A stretch of 64,000 nt of DNA, from the NCBI RefSeq assembly GCF_009914755.1, contig NC_060925.1, one strand, 5' to 3'. The notes below the pieces were generated by a model. It saw only the letters and a program-made list of their open reading frames with translations, had not been told where the DNA came from and did no database searches. The DNA comes from the human T2T-CHM13v2.0 reference genome, Homo sapiens. This document shows, piece after piece, positions 34,540 through 46,659 of this stretch. Position numbers and translations under genes: made by a program. Positions within the stretch are counted from its first letter, which is position 1. Each line of letters begins with the position of its first letter.

Positions 34540-34948
34540 GATGGGTGTGGTGGCTCACACCTGCACTCCCAACACTTTGGGAGGTCAAGGTGGGCGGATC
34601 ACTTGAGGTCAGGAGTTTTAGACCAGCCTGGCCAACATGGTGAAACCCCATCTCTACTAAAAATACAAAAATTAGCAAAGTGTGGTGGTGCATGCCTGTA
34701 ATCCCAGCTGCACAGGAGGCTGAGGCAGGAGTATCGCTTGAAGTAGATCCCGCCACTGCACCCCAGCCTATGTGACAGAGTGAGACTCCATTTCAAGAAA
34801 AAAAAAAAAAAATTAGCTGGCTGTGGTGGCAGGCACCTGTAATCCTTGAGAGGCTGAGGCAGGAAAATTACTTGACCCAGGAGGCGGAGGTTGCAGTGAG
34901 CTAAGATTGCACCACTGCACTCCAGCCTGGGTGACCGAGAGCAAGACT
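34540..34948 (+). mobile_element. Three-monomer Alu (left + deleted right + second right monomer) in the L1 5' UTR
   Basis: Left monomer and linker to about 34671; right monomer lacking about 27 nt after gcttgaa; A-run to 34812; then a further right monomer ttagctggctgtggtgg...gagcaagact. Confidence 0.9.
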
Positions 34949-35269
34949 TTTATACATATATAGAAGTTGATCTCACTCCCACTATGGCCCCTAATGATGC
35001 TGAGTCTATTTTCAGGCAGCCAGGGACCAGGGTTGAGAACTTCCCCCTGACCACGAACCTCCTTGCTGAGAAAACAAGCAGACTCATAGTTTTTTTGCAT
35101 CTCAGGAGGCCTGCAGCAGCAATCCAGTTCCTTCAATCATTTATTCTTGTATCTCCTATTGACCCCCTCTTCAGACTTCGGAATTTTTGCATTAATTATT
35201 TAACTATTCTGTTGGTTGTTAAACTATTATCTCTACAAACTATTATAGCTACAAATTTACCTTTGTTTA

Positions 35270-35512
35270 ATCAGCTTGGTGATTTTGGGGCTGGGACAAA
35301 GAAAACTATATTATCTTTTGTCACCTGGCTTCTTGATACAGGTCTTGCCAATGGAAACATGGGGGAAGACTGGCAGGGAGGAAGTGGGAATAAAGGCTTT
35401 GATGCCTGCTGTCTGCTTGATGTTGTTTTCAGCATCACACCAGCAATGGTCCATATCCCTCTGCCAGCAGTTGGTTCTAGTTTCCTGTTTCTTTTAGCAC
35501 TCCCCAAACCAG
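35270..35512. mobile_element. Old ERVL LTR fragment (LTR33-like)
   Basis: gtgattttggggctgggac...ttttgtcacctggctt...tgccaat...cagcatcacaccagcaatgg...gcagttggttctagtttcc...ccccaaaccagc resembles recalled LTR33-family sequence. Confidence 0.6.
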
Positions 35513-35523
35513 CGTTGTTCATG

Positions 35524-35563
<40 letters not shown>

Positions 35564-35970
35564 AAAAGGAAAATGTATGTCAGTAGTAGGATAGACAAAT
35601 ATTTCATGGTCAATCCAACAGTGAGAATTAACGAATTAAAGTAACATGTATTAACTTGAATGAATCTCAAAGACATGATGTTGAAGAGGCAAAACAATGG
35701 AATACATAGAGAATTATTTCACTTATATATTATTAAAAAAAGTGGGACATATGCATAGGTGTGTTAGAACAATAAAGAAGAACAAGAAAATGATTACCTC
35801 AGAATTTAATGGTTCTCTGCAGAGCAAGGAAAGAGATGTGAATGGGGAGAGACATCTTCTGGACAATTATATAAGTAGCAACTGTATTGCAGTTCTTTAA
35901 ACTTTGTATGGATTCTGTCTCAATCTTTTATTCCTAAACAATTTTTTCATAATAAAAATAAAATAATTAA
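35510..35970 (+). mobile_element. Old L1ME-type 3' fragment with an expanded internal A-run
   Basis: cagcgttgttcatgacagcaaaa...catgtattaacttgaatgaatctcaaagacatgatgttgaa...tttttcataataaaa follows the L1ME 3' end. Confidence 0.65.
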
Positions 35971-36522
35971 AACAAAATTTCAAAAGCAGAAATAATAGGC
36001 CTTGGTAAGATAAACTGGTGTTCATATAAATAGCAGAGTGTCATGGTTTTTTCTCAACTCAAATATGGTAAAGAGAAAATAAACAAGTTTTAGAATTCCG
36101 TATGTACCAATGAGATGTTCAAAAATCGAAAAGGAGAAAAGGACGCATGTGAGAGAAGGAAGGAAAGAAAGAAGCAAGGGAGGGAGGGGGGAAAGAAGGA
36201 AGAAAAAATAAGAGGAATAAAAGGAAAAAATAATCTTACCCCTTCATAATTTCAAAGAGGAGTCTTCTAAAAAATTGGAATTGTATTTATGAGACTGTAA
36301 AATGCAAGTCATGATTCTCCTTGTTGAGTGAAGGTATAAAAAGTATGTATTTTTATCACAATAAAAATAAATGTCACAAAGAAAAATATGAGTATTATTC
36401 ACCTGATTATAATATTGGGATAATGACCATGCTTCTTAGCTCTTAATCAGTTTAACTGTGACAAATGTGTTCGTTCAGGTAGACAATTGCATAGTTTCAT
36501 GTATTTGGCAGACAATTCTTAA

Positions 36523-36798
36523 TTTTTTTTTTTTTCTGAGACCGATTCTCGTTCTGTTGCTCAGGGTGGAGTGCAGTGGCGTGATCACTACTCACTCCAG
36601 CCTTGACCTCCCAGGCTGAAGTGATCCTCCCAAGTAGTTGGGACTACAGGCATGCAGCCCCACACTGGCTAATTTTTTTAATTTTTTAATTTTGTAGGAT
36701 GAGATATCGCTATGTTGCGTAGGCTGGTCTTTAACTCTCGGGGTCAAGCAATCCTTTTAAAGTATTGAGATTATAGGTGTGAGCCACCACACTCAGAC
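36523..36798 (-). mobile_element. AluJ SINE (internally deleted)
   Basis: gtgatcactactcactccagccttgacctcccaggctgaagtgatcctcc and cgctatgttgc are AluJ-type. Confidence 0.88.
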
Positions 36799-37364
36799 TT
36801 GATCTTCTTTAATACTCCTATTTTATAGTTGTTAGATGTTGTCTCCTTAAGATAAATTTAGTATTTTAAAATTAATAGAATCATATTAAATTTACATATT
36901 AAATATTACATTTATTCACTAAGTTATATTTTAAATAATATAATTAACATATAACATACTTAAAATATAATTATATTGTGTTATAAATGTTAACTTTATT
37001 AAATATTAAATTTATAAGTAAATATTATTACATTAACAAAATATTGTCTAACTCTTGTAAACTCAAAAAGGTGTCTTCTCCATTATGCTCTGTTCATTTT
37101 TTACTCATTCTCATTTCTCTTCTTTCTTTCTTTCTTTCTTTCACCACTTATTATCTGTTTCAGAGTTTTTAGAAGAGCTTGTAGAATTTTTACATAAGTC
37201 ATAAGGTTTGGAAAATCACACTTAAATTAGTAGGAGTGTTGGTCTAAACCCAGGCAATCCTGCTGCATATACTCACACTTCTTCACTCCTAACTACATTA
37301 AAAAAAATTCATGGACTCTTTTTGCTTAGAATTGTACTTCTTCTAATAGGGAGGAAGCGGATAA

Positions 37365-38002
37365 AAGGTTCCTACTCATTGTTCATAAATTCTTCGTTTG
37401 CAAAATTTATCTACTAGCTAAAATTCATTTTTAACCTCAAGATCAAAACTCAAGGCACTTTGTAAGTCACTTGTGGACATGCACAGGGCAGGGAAAAAAT
37501 GAGTTATTCAATGTGCATATTCACAGCTGAGGTCAAATAAGGAGATATTTTGCTTTCTTGTTCTAACTGTCATACTGTAAATGAGTGTCTTTTTATTGGT
37601 CTGTTTATTTGCCACTTTTTTTTTATTTGTTTGTGCTTATTGTGGTTAATTTTTCTGTTTAAAATGGCCCCCATCATGCAGAAATGCAGTCTGGTGTTCC
37701 TAAGTGCAAGAAGACTGTGATGGTCCTCACAGAGAAAATTCATGTTAGGTAAGCTTCATTCAGGAAGAGTTACAATGCTGTTGGCTGTGAGTTTAATGTA
37801 CAAACTATATATTACATAAGGTATCTTTCAACAGAAACACACATAAAACAAAGTTATATATTGGTCAGTTGATGAAAATATGCAGAGGCTCACAGGAACC
37901 TAACCTTGTATTTCCCCTAGGAACAATAGCTCAACTTTCACTAATTTAGTGTTCACAGAGACTTTATAGGGTGTGATTAAAGTGAGTAGTGAGAATAGAC
38001 TG
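37365..38002. mobile_element. MER82-like Tigger-family DNA transposon
   Basis: About 640 bp matching recalled MER82 (cagctgaggtcaaataagg...aaaatggcccc...aggctcacaggaacctaaccttgtatttcccctagg...gagaatagactg followed by TA). Confidence 0.8.
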
Positions 38003-38102
38003 TATTCTAACAAATAAATAACTAAGGAAGCACATGTATAAATATACATAGGAAGAGAATGAAAGCATGAAAACATATTACATATAGGACTGAACTCTTC
38101 AG

Positions 38103-38112
38103 CTTGACAGTA

Positions 38113-38144
<32 letters not shown>

Positions 38145-38467
38145 CATATATATATACATATATATATACTTGACAATATATATACATATATATATACTTG
38201 ACAGTATATATATATGTGTACAAATTTGTTTTGCTTGGTTGATTAGTGTATATATATAGAATATATATACATATTCTATATATATACACTATATATTCAC
38301 ATGAATATACACATATTCATATATATATATACACTAATCAACCAAGCAAAACAAATTTGTACATATATATACTGTCAATATATGTACATGTATAGTAGTG
38401 TATATGTTTAGTGTGTGTGCATATATATGTATATACACTAATCAACAAAGCAAAGCAAATTTGTACA
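38103..38467. repeat. Complex (TA)n tract with inverted and direct duplications of unique sequence
   Basis: TA/CATA repeats interleaved with repeated cttgaca and three copies of an ~35-bp unique block, one in the opposite orientation to the other two. Confidence 0.95.
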
Positions 38468-38855
38468 TTATTCACTTGAAAACTGAAAATTGGAAGAATT
38501 AAAAGTTTCTGGTTAGCCTGGGGTAATCAATGGAAATTAATTTTACAATGCATACTTTTTACTGTTTTATGGAAAATAAATGCTATTGATAGTCTTGTTA
38601 TGCTGCCTGTATTGAATTATCTTAGCAAATACAAAGTCGTGTTTACATGTGCTTTTATAACTTGCCTTAAGTATATTCTGTCAGCAATAAACAACTTGGG
38701 TGCACATTCTAAAATGAATATTTTCAAAAACATAAAGTGTATTGTGTACATGTTCATGTTTGCATTGCTCTCATTCAGTACTCCACACTTCTTCAGTACA
38801 TAAATTAGAGGGTAGTTCATCACTCAAATACACCTCTTTAAGAACATAAGCTTTA

Positions 38856-39577
38856 TAGTAGTACTCCCCTTATTGATAAGGCATACATTCCAAGATCCCC
38901 AGTGGATGCCTGAAACCATGGATATTACTATCCACAAACCCTACTTAAAATGCTTTTTTCCTATACACACATACTTATGATCAAGCTTGATTTGTAAATT
39001 AGGCACAGTAAGAGATTAACAATAATAACTAATTATAAAATAAAGCAATTATAACAATACTCTGCAATAAAAGTTATATGTGAATATGATCTCACTCTTT
39101 TTCTCAAAATATCTTATTGTACTATACTCAACCTTCTCTTGTGATGAAGGGAGGTGATGGAATGTATATGTAATGAGGTGAAATGAGGTGAAAGACATAG
39201 ACGTTGCGACATAGTGTTGTTACTATTGACCTTCTGATGACAGGTCAGAGGGAGGATCATCTGCTTTGGGTGATCCTAGATCATGGATCCATGTCCATGT
39301 CTATGTCCATGGTTGGATGTCAGGAGAAGATGATGTCTATGAATAAAGGGTGGGTAGTGTATATAATGTGGATACACTGGACAAAGAAAGGATTCTTTGT
39401 CCTCTCTTTAGTGGGATAGAACGGAGAAGTGCAAGATTTCATCACACTGCTTGGAGTAGCACAATGTAAAACTTACAAATTTTTTTTCTGGAATTTTTCA
39501 TTTAATATTGTTAGATCCTGGTTCACTGCAGGTAACTGAAACCAGGAGAGCAAAACTGCAGATAAGGGAGACAACTG
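38856..39577. mobile_element. MER44-type (Tigger7-derived) DNA transposon
   Basis: Degenerate TIRs (tagtagtactccccttat ... gataagggagacaactg followed by TA); ttccaagatccccagtggatgcctgaaacc; taaattaggcacagtaagagattaacaataat. Confidence 0.85.
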
Positions 39578-42500
39578 TATTAATTATATTATTTACTTTA
39601 AAATATATTGCCATGAAAATTTTTTTTAAAAAGAAAATTTTTGAATCTATTTAGGATATTTCTTAATCTTCCCACATTTGCTTTTCATTGTGTCTTTTTA
39701 AGGAAAACAACCTATTGTATGGATTCAAATTTGACTAGGTTCTTTGTGGAACTTTAAATATTCCCTTAAAAAGTGACATTTGTTTAACCAAATCTCTAAT
39801 TTGTTCAACCAAATCCAATTTTCTTAACTAGATCTCTGAATGGTAGTTAATAGATAATTACAGATTATCCCATTATCCCTGACTTGATAGTTTTAACTAA
39901 AATTCAAATAGGTAAAATGAAAATGCAGTCAATTAATAGTGTTCCGTTTTTTGTTTTAGTTTTTGTGTTTCTCCAGTGATCTTCATAGACTTAGATACTA
40001 TTCTCTATTAGTAAAACACTTTCTAATAGGATGAATACCTTGCCTATCACTTGGCTCTATTTTGAATATTTGGAATATAAATGAACTAATTTTTCCCTAG
40101 CTTGAATAAGTATTTGTGGCCTTTTCCCAATGGTGTACCTACTACACTTCTCTGTTCGAGGTTAGATTTAATAGGCTCATTGCATTTTTCAAGTTTTTAT
40201 AGCTTTTATTGACTAATATTTATAAAATTCTTTTGTAGAAACATATTTTCCCTTAGTTTACTCATAGTGATGGGAGTAACACTTTGGTGTAGTATCTATT
40301 TAGAGTGTTAAATAGAGACCACTCTAAGTAAATAGGTGCCATTTTGTCACCATGGCATTTAATCTTTTGTCCTTGTCACAATTAAAATGCTAAATAACCA
40401 TTATGTTATTCACTCTAACCAGTTTTCTGAATCTAATCTATAAATAATTATGGGTTGCAGCAATGTTAGATGAAATTTCTTTATAAATTTTTAGTATCTA
40501 AGCATCAAAGTCACTATGAAATACATGCTCATTATGGGAAAAAAAAAAAGTCTCCCAAGCTGTAGTACTTTTATAATAGTACTTTTGTAATAGTTATGCC
40601 AGTGAGATAGAAACAGAGTTGACTATAGACACCCGTATTAGCAAGCATAAACTTCAGTATCATGAATTTCATAACTTAAGTAATATAATTGATGGTCTGC
40701 ACTCCAAATAAATGTTCACAATTACAGCACTTTGCTGTAGTGATTTTTGTTTCTCAAATGTGTGAAGTCATATTCTAACTCTGCAGATGCACATCCACCT
40801 TAAGCATAATGTGGTATTTTTCAGAAGTATGAATTACCATCAGGTGTGAGCAGAAGGTATGAGGGAATCTCAGATCGGGCACGTGAAAAGGAAAATCAGA
40901 GAAGGGGAACAGAAATCCAAAATATTTTAGAAGGGCAAGGCTATCAAAAAATGGAAATAGGCCATGCTGAATCAAAATAAAATTGAAAAGATTGAACTAC
41001 ATAAAAATAACCCAAAATAACATTTTCATATAAATGTTCTTTCATAACTCTTCTCATTATCTTTGATTATTTATGCTGATAGTTAAATCCTTGAGTACCC
41101 AGGGGAAATCAATTTCCAAAAAATATCCACTGACCACCTTTTCTAAGGTACAACTTTTCTCTTGCAACTTGAAGCACACCTACTCCTAACTTACTCCATC
41201 AACTTTTCTGTCTCTCATTGGTGTCTTTGAAACACTATCACTCTGTTGACTTCTTTCAATAGTTATTTTATCATATTCATATCACTTCAATGATTCAAAA
41301 CAACATCACCTCCCTTCCACCGTATAGCCCCCTCAATTATTCATTGTGTTTTTCCTCACAGATAATATCTGTAGTTATCTTTAGCACATTATTATTTTCA
41401 CTTAACAATACTTTTCTCATTTTCAGAAACTTGCTATTTGGCCTCTGCCTCCATCAGCACTATTCCTGCAGTTATACAGTTTACCGGTGACTACTGTGAC
41501 ACTAATCTATGGGATGCTTTTCAATGCTTAGTTGTCCTGACTTCTACACTCTCTCTTCTCTTGAAATTCTTAAATGGCTCCTGGAACACAATTTTCCCTG
41601 GTTTTTTGCTTGTTTTGTTTTCTCTTCCCTTGTATACTCATCCATGCCAAGCCACTTAGAGCTCTAAATAAATTACGATCTTTCTTATCTTTAGGTAAGT
41701 TAAATGTGGCATGACCATCCATTCGGGTGTTCTGTTGCCCTTTTTCCAATTGCAAGGATATTCCAAGTCTGACTATTCCAGTTACTTCTGTTCTCTTCTT
41801 GAAAGCACATGAAATATTTGGTTACTGTCCAAGTATCAGGAGCATGGGGTAATTATAAAAGGCCACTGTTATCCTCTTGTATCCTAGTCATTTTTCAATG
41901 TGTCTGTCACACCATGCAGAGAACATTGCAAGACTAGGTGAGGCTTGCCGTTATCTTAAAAATAATTGCACAAGTTCACTGTGATTTCAGATTCTTCAAA
42001 AACCATTTTTGTTATGCTGTAATTTTTACCTTGTCCCAAGACTCTACCTGGAGATCAGGAGCAAGAAATGAGGGTCTTTCTGAGTGCCCTTTCGTCTGAG
42101 GTTCTTTTTAACTAACTATAGTTTTTCTTTACTTCTCGAGCCCCAGAACTCTATTTATTTTCACTGACTGTTGCATTGTCTCACATCATTCCAATATTGT
42201 TCACCCATTCTGCTGTAACAGCACTTCCTTGAGACATGCAATACTGCAAGATGAACTTGATAGATTTCATCTCACCTTGTGGATAGGGCTTTATAGGTGG
42301 GGTGATAGTTAGATCTCTTACCATCTTTTTATCCTTGTAGATATTTTGTGCTTAACTTCTCCAGTCACACAGATTTTTGGATTTTTCTCTCCTTTTGCAG
42401 CAACATAACAACACTGGATTATTTGTAAGAGACATTGGAAAACACCTTGACTGCTTTTTGGGAAATCTGATGGTAGATGCTTGGGCTCCAGTTTTCAGAA

Positions 42501-44454
42501 CTGTATTTTTTCCAGCCTTTAAAGGACAATATCAGTGAAGTGGTAGATATGCTCAATTTGTAAATAGTGACATTTTGCCAATTACCAAAAAATAAATTAT
42601 TCTTAATACCTCATAAATTTTTTTAAGTATACTATAAAAATGGGAAAAATTTGAAATTTGGTCAAACCTATGGAGGTAGATGTCAGTGTGGCTAGAAAAT
42701 TATGAAACATGGCAGAAACTATAAAAGACAGGACCATGTCTTTTAGGGTCTGTGGGCTTCACCTACAGATGAAGTTAAATGAATCCCATGTAGAGGAGCA
42801 TGAAATTCTAATGTTGGAGCCTCTCTAGCCTGGACATACTGATTGTTCAGGCTGCCCATATTATCACACTCTTTCACAAAAACTCCATCCTCCTTGTGTC
42901 ACTGGGTCCTTTAATGCTGTATCTGTCATCCAGTTTCTTTACCTAAGAACATTAAAAATCCTTGATTACAATCAAATATTTCAGTAGATTTGAAATGTTT
43001 AGAATGTTGTGATAAAACGTTTACTTTGTTTGATTTTTTCCTAAATGAAAACGTTCTGATGATGGGTTTTTGAGCTGGCTGCAACAAACTTTTCTGCTTT
43101 TCAGTTACAAGGCTGCATAAGAAACAGGTCATTTCATATACTAATGAAGTACTTACTATCCCTTTCACATAAGGGTGGTCCCAACAGAAGGGGCATTTTA
43201 GACAGGGCTGTGGAGGGGCTGGTTTTCAGTACTATTGTACAGTAAAAAATATTTTTGTCTTGGTTTGCGCTCACCACCTCCTTTCACTATCTTTTTTTTC
43301 CTTTCCTATGTTTCTGACACTAATGTAGTTTTAATTTAAGATGATGAATGATCCAAAAGATACAACATGAATCACTAGAGGAATATAGACGACAGACGCT
43401 GCTTAGTTTAATTCTTTGTTTAAACTTAATTTTATTGGTTTACCATTGTCAATTATGAATGTTATTATAATATGTCTACAGTCTTGCTCTGGGGAGGAGA
43501 AAGTTACTTCCAGAAGGATAAAAACAATAGTTGCATACAGTACATACAAGGAACATTAAAGGTGGTAAGGAAACAAGTATCTAAGATAAACTCTTTGCTC
43601 CATTAGGGGGACATGAATTCCAGCAAGCGAATTGGCTCACGGAAATAAGAAAATGCATGAAAATATCACAGAATCCATAGTTTACATGACATAAAAGGGG
43701 CCAAACACACAGGCAGCCTGTAGGTTGGCATGGGCTTCATGTACTTTTCCATGCTTGAGGAAAAGTAATAATCTCTTTCTGCCAAGTCGGTCTCAGTGTT
43801 AGTACCAAGGAGAGTCTTCCCATGTTTGTGGAGATTGTTCAGGTCTGGCTCATATGCTGAAAGGGATGTACTGGAACCTTTACAAATATGAAAGCCAAAA
43901 AAAATCGGCAGAAAATGCTGAAATGTTTGTATGAGAATTTAGCCTGCTTAGGGAAGAAGCCTGGGCAATTATGCCAAGGAGGACAACAAAATATTGCACT
44001 ACAGTGATGCAGCAATTTGCAGATTATTTGGGAAAATATCCTTCAATAAAATGTCTACTTGGGTGTAATGGGCAATGGAGACAAATTTCGATATCCTTTA
44101 CTGAATCAAATGTGAGGTTAACTGAGGAGAAAATCAATCCTTTTTTTAAAAAAGTATGGTTATATGTGACCTGGTCAAAACTTGATTCAGCTACACAAAA
44201 TTATCTGTTGTGTTTTATAAGACACTCACTTGGAATTAGGTGAGTAATATCTGGTTTACAAATATGTAGGTTAAAGTCACTTAAAAAGAAACGCTTCCAA
44301 AATATGTAGCTGTGCTAGAACATCTATTTCTTTTATATAGAGAAAATGAAGGGCCAATGAGAAGAAATCTGTACCCTAGAATGCATTTTCCTGTTCTTCC
44401 TATATTATTTCTAGTTCTAGAAACAGTTCTAATAACAAAGTGTAAAATTAAAAT

Positions 44455-44690
44455 GCAATGCAGTGCAGTTCTTAAGACTATGGGCGTTTGAGTCAAATAG
44501 AGCTAAATACAAATTCTATTTTTGTCATTTACCGATTGAATGAACCTAGGAAAGCTATTGAACCAGCCAACCCTCGCATTTCCATTACGATAATGGGAAT
44601 AATACAAACTTTATAGTTTCAAGAGGATAAAATGAGAGAATATATGTTAAAATAACAAAGTGACTGGCATTTAATAAATTCTGAAAGATT
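44455..44690 (+). mobile_element. MIR SINE
   Basis: gcagtgcagttcttaagactatgggcgtttgagtcaaatagagct...tgaacctaggaaag...aatgggaataat...aggataaaatgagagaat. Confidence 0.7.
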
Positions 44691-44708
44691 ATTTTACTTA
44701 CCTGAGTA

Positions 44709-44895
44709 TTCAGAAATATTTATTGAACATTTGTGATATGCTAGACAATGGTTCTAGGGATATAACAGTCTTTGATATCAGGAAGTCTGATGAAAAGAAA
44801 ATTAATAAACACTGAAACAAATAATATGTCAGAAGTGTGGTCTGGGATAAAAAATGCAGAGTGCTAAATGATAGTGATTTATGGGCTGGAGAAAT
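44709..44895 (-). mobile_element. L2 3' part (left side of the nested stack)
   Basis: ttcagaaatatttattgaacatttgtgatatgctagacaatggttctagggatata is the reverse of an L2 3' end. Confidence 0.65.
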
Positions 44896-46342
44896 TATTT
44901 TTTTATTTTTATTTTCAATTTTCATTTATTCACTTTTTACAGTGGTTATTTTATGACTGGTTTATTTCATTTAGCATAAAGTTTTCAAGGTTCATCCCTG
45001 TTGTAGTATATGCCAGAATTTTGTTCTTTTGTTTTTCAGCTTTACTGAAGTACTATTAAAAAATAAAAATGGTATAAACAGGTATTCAAGGCATACAGAT
45101 TGATATTTTGATATGAAAATATATTGTGAAATGATTACCACAATCAAGGTAATTAACCTATTCATCACCTCAAATACTTACCTTTCCATTTTTTTTTTTT
45201 TTTTTTTTTTTTTGTGGTGAGAATACTTAAGTTCTACTCTCTTGGCAAGTTTCAAGTATGCAATACATTGTTATTACCCGTAGTAACTATGAGGTAAAGT
45301 ATACATCATATAAAAATTATTCATCTTGCAACTGCAAATTTGTACCCTCTGACCAACCTCTCCCATCTCACCCATCTCCTGACCTCTGGTAACCACACTC
45401 TCTTTCTATGAGTTCCATTTTTTAGACTCTGCATGTAGGTGAGATCATGCAGTATTTTTCTATTTCTGGCTTATGTCACTGAGCATAATATCTTCCAGTT
45501 TCATCCATATTGTTGCAATGGCAGGATTTCCTTCTTTTTTAGAGTCTGAAATATTCCTCTGTGTGTGTGTGTGTATCAAGTTCTTTCTCCATTCATCCAT
45601 TGATTTGATGGACATTTAGATTGTTTCTATACTTAACTATTGTGAATAATGCTGAAATGAATGTGGGGCTGCAGGTATGTCTTCACATTAGTTATTTTAT
45701 TTCTATTGGATATATAGCCAGAAGTAGCTTGCTGAATCATATGATAATTCTCTTTTTAATTTTTTGATAAATCTCCATACTGCCTTCCACTATGGCTGCA
45801 CCAATTTACATTCCCACCAGCAATGTACATGACTTTCCTGTTCTCTAAATCCTCACCAACATTTACTGTCTTTTGAATTTTTTTAATAATAAGCATCCTA
45901 AAAGCTGTGAAGTGATAGTTCTTTGAGTTCTGATTTGCATTTCCATAATGATTAGTGATGTTGAACACCTTTTCATGTACCTATTGACTATTTATATGTC
46001 TTCTTTGGAAAAATATCTATTTAGGACCCATGCTCCATTTTATATTGTGTTATTATTATTATTTGCTATTAAGTTATATAAGTTTCTTATATATTTTGGA
46101 TATTAATCCTTTGCCTTATTGAATTTTCTATTGCTTATAATAGAATATCTGAAACTGAGTAATTTATTTTAAAAAATAAATATATTTCTTACAGTTACAG
46201 AGATGAAGAAGTTCAAGGCCAAGGGGCTGCATCTGGCGAGAACCTTCTTGCTGGCAAGGACTCTCTGGAGTGCCAGGGTCATGAAGGGCATCATGTGGAG
46301 AAGGCACAGAGCATGCTAGCCCAGGTCTCTCTTCCTCTTCTA

Positions 46343-46659
46343 TTTTTTAATTTTTTTTAAATTTTTTTAATGTTTTGAGGCAGGATCTTGCTGTTTCACT
46401 CAGGCTGGGGTGTAGTGGTGCAATCACAGATCACTGAAGCCTTGACCTCCCAGGTTAAAGTGATCCTTCTGCCTCAGCCTTCTGAGTAGTTGGGACTACA
46501 GGTGCACACTACCATGCCTGGCTAATCTTTGTGTTTTTGTAGAGATGGGGTTTTTGCCATGTTTCCCAGGCTGATTTCAAACACCTGAGCTCAAGCAATG
46601 CGCCTGCTTTGGCCTCTCAAAGTGCTGGGCTTACAGGTGTGAGCTGCCATGCCTGGCCT
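46343..46659 (-). mobile_element. AluJ inside the MST 3' LTR
   Basis: ggcaggatcttgctg...aatcacagatcactgaagccttgacctcccagg...cctgagctcaagcaat are AluJ features. Confidence 0.9.

Noticed and set aside
35138-35561. Apparent processed pseudogene ending in a long poly(A)
   Set aside because: There is no poly(A) signal just upstream and no TSD. The A-run sits where old L1ME 3' sequence has cagcaaaaa, and L1-like sequence continues after it.
34984-35586. Longest ORF in the track (200 aa, plus strand)
   Set aside because: It is a patchwork of antisense L1 5' UTR, TSD, an LTR33-like fragment and a poly-A-encoded Lys run, with no recognisable domain.
37900-38289. 129-aa Tyr/Ile-rich ORF
   Set aside because: Translation of the (TA)n tract.
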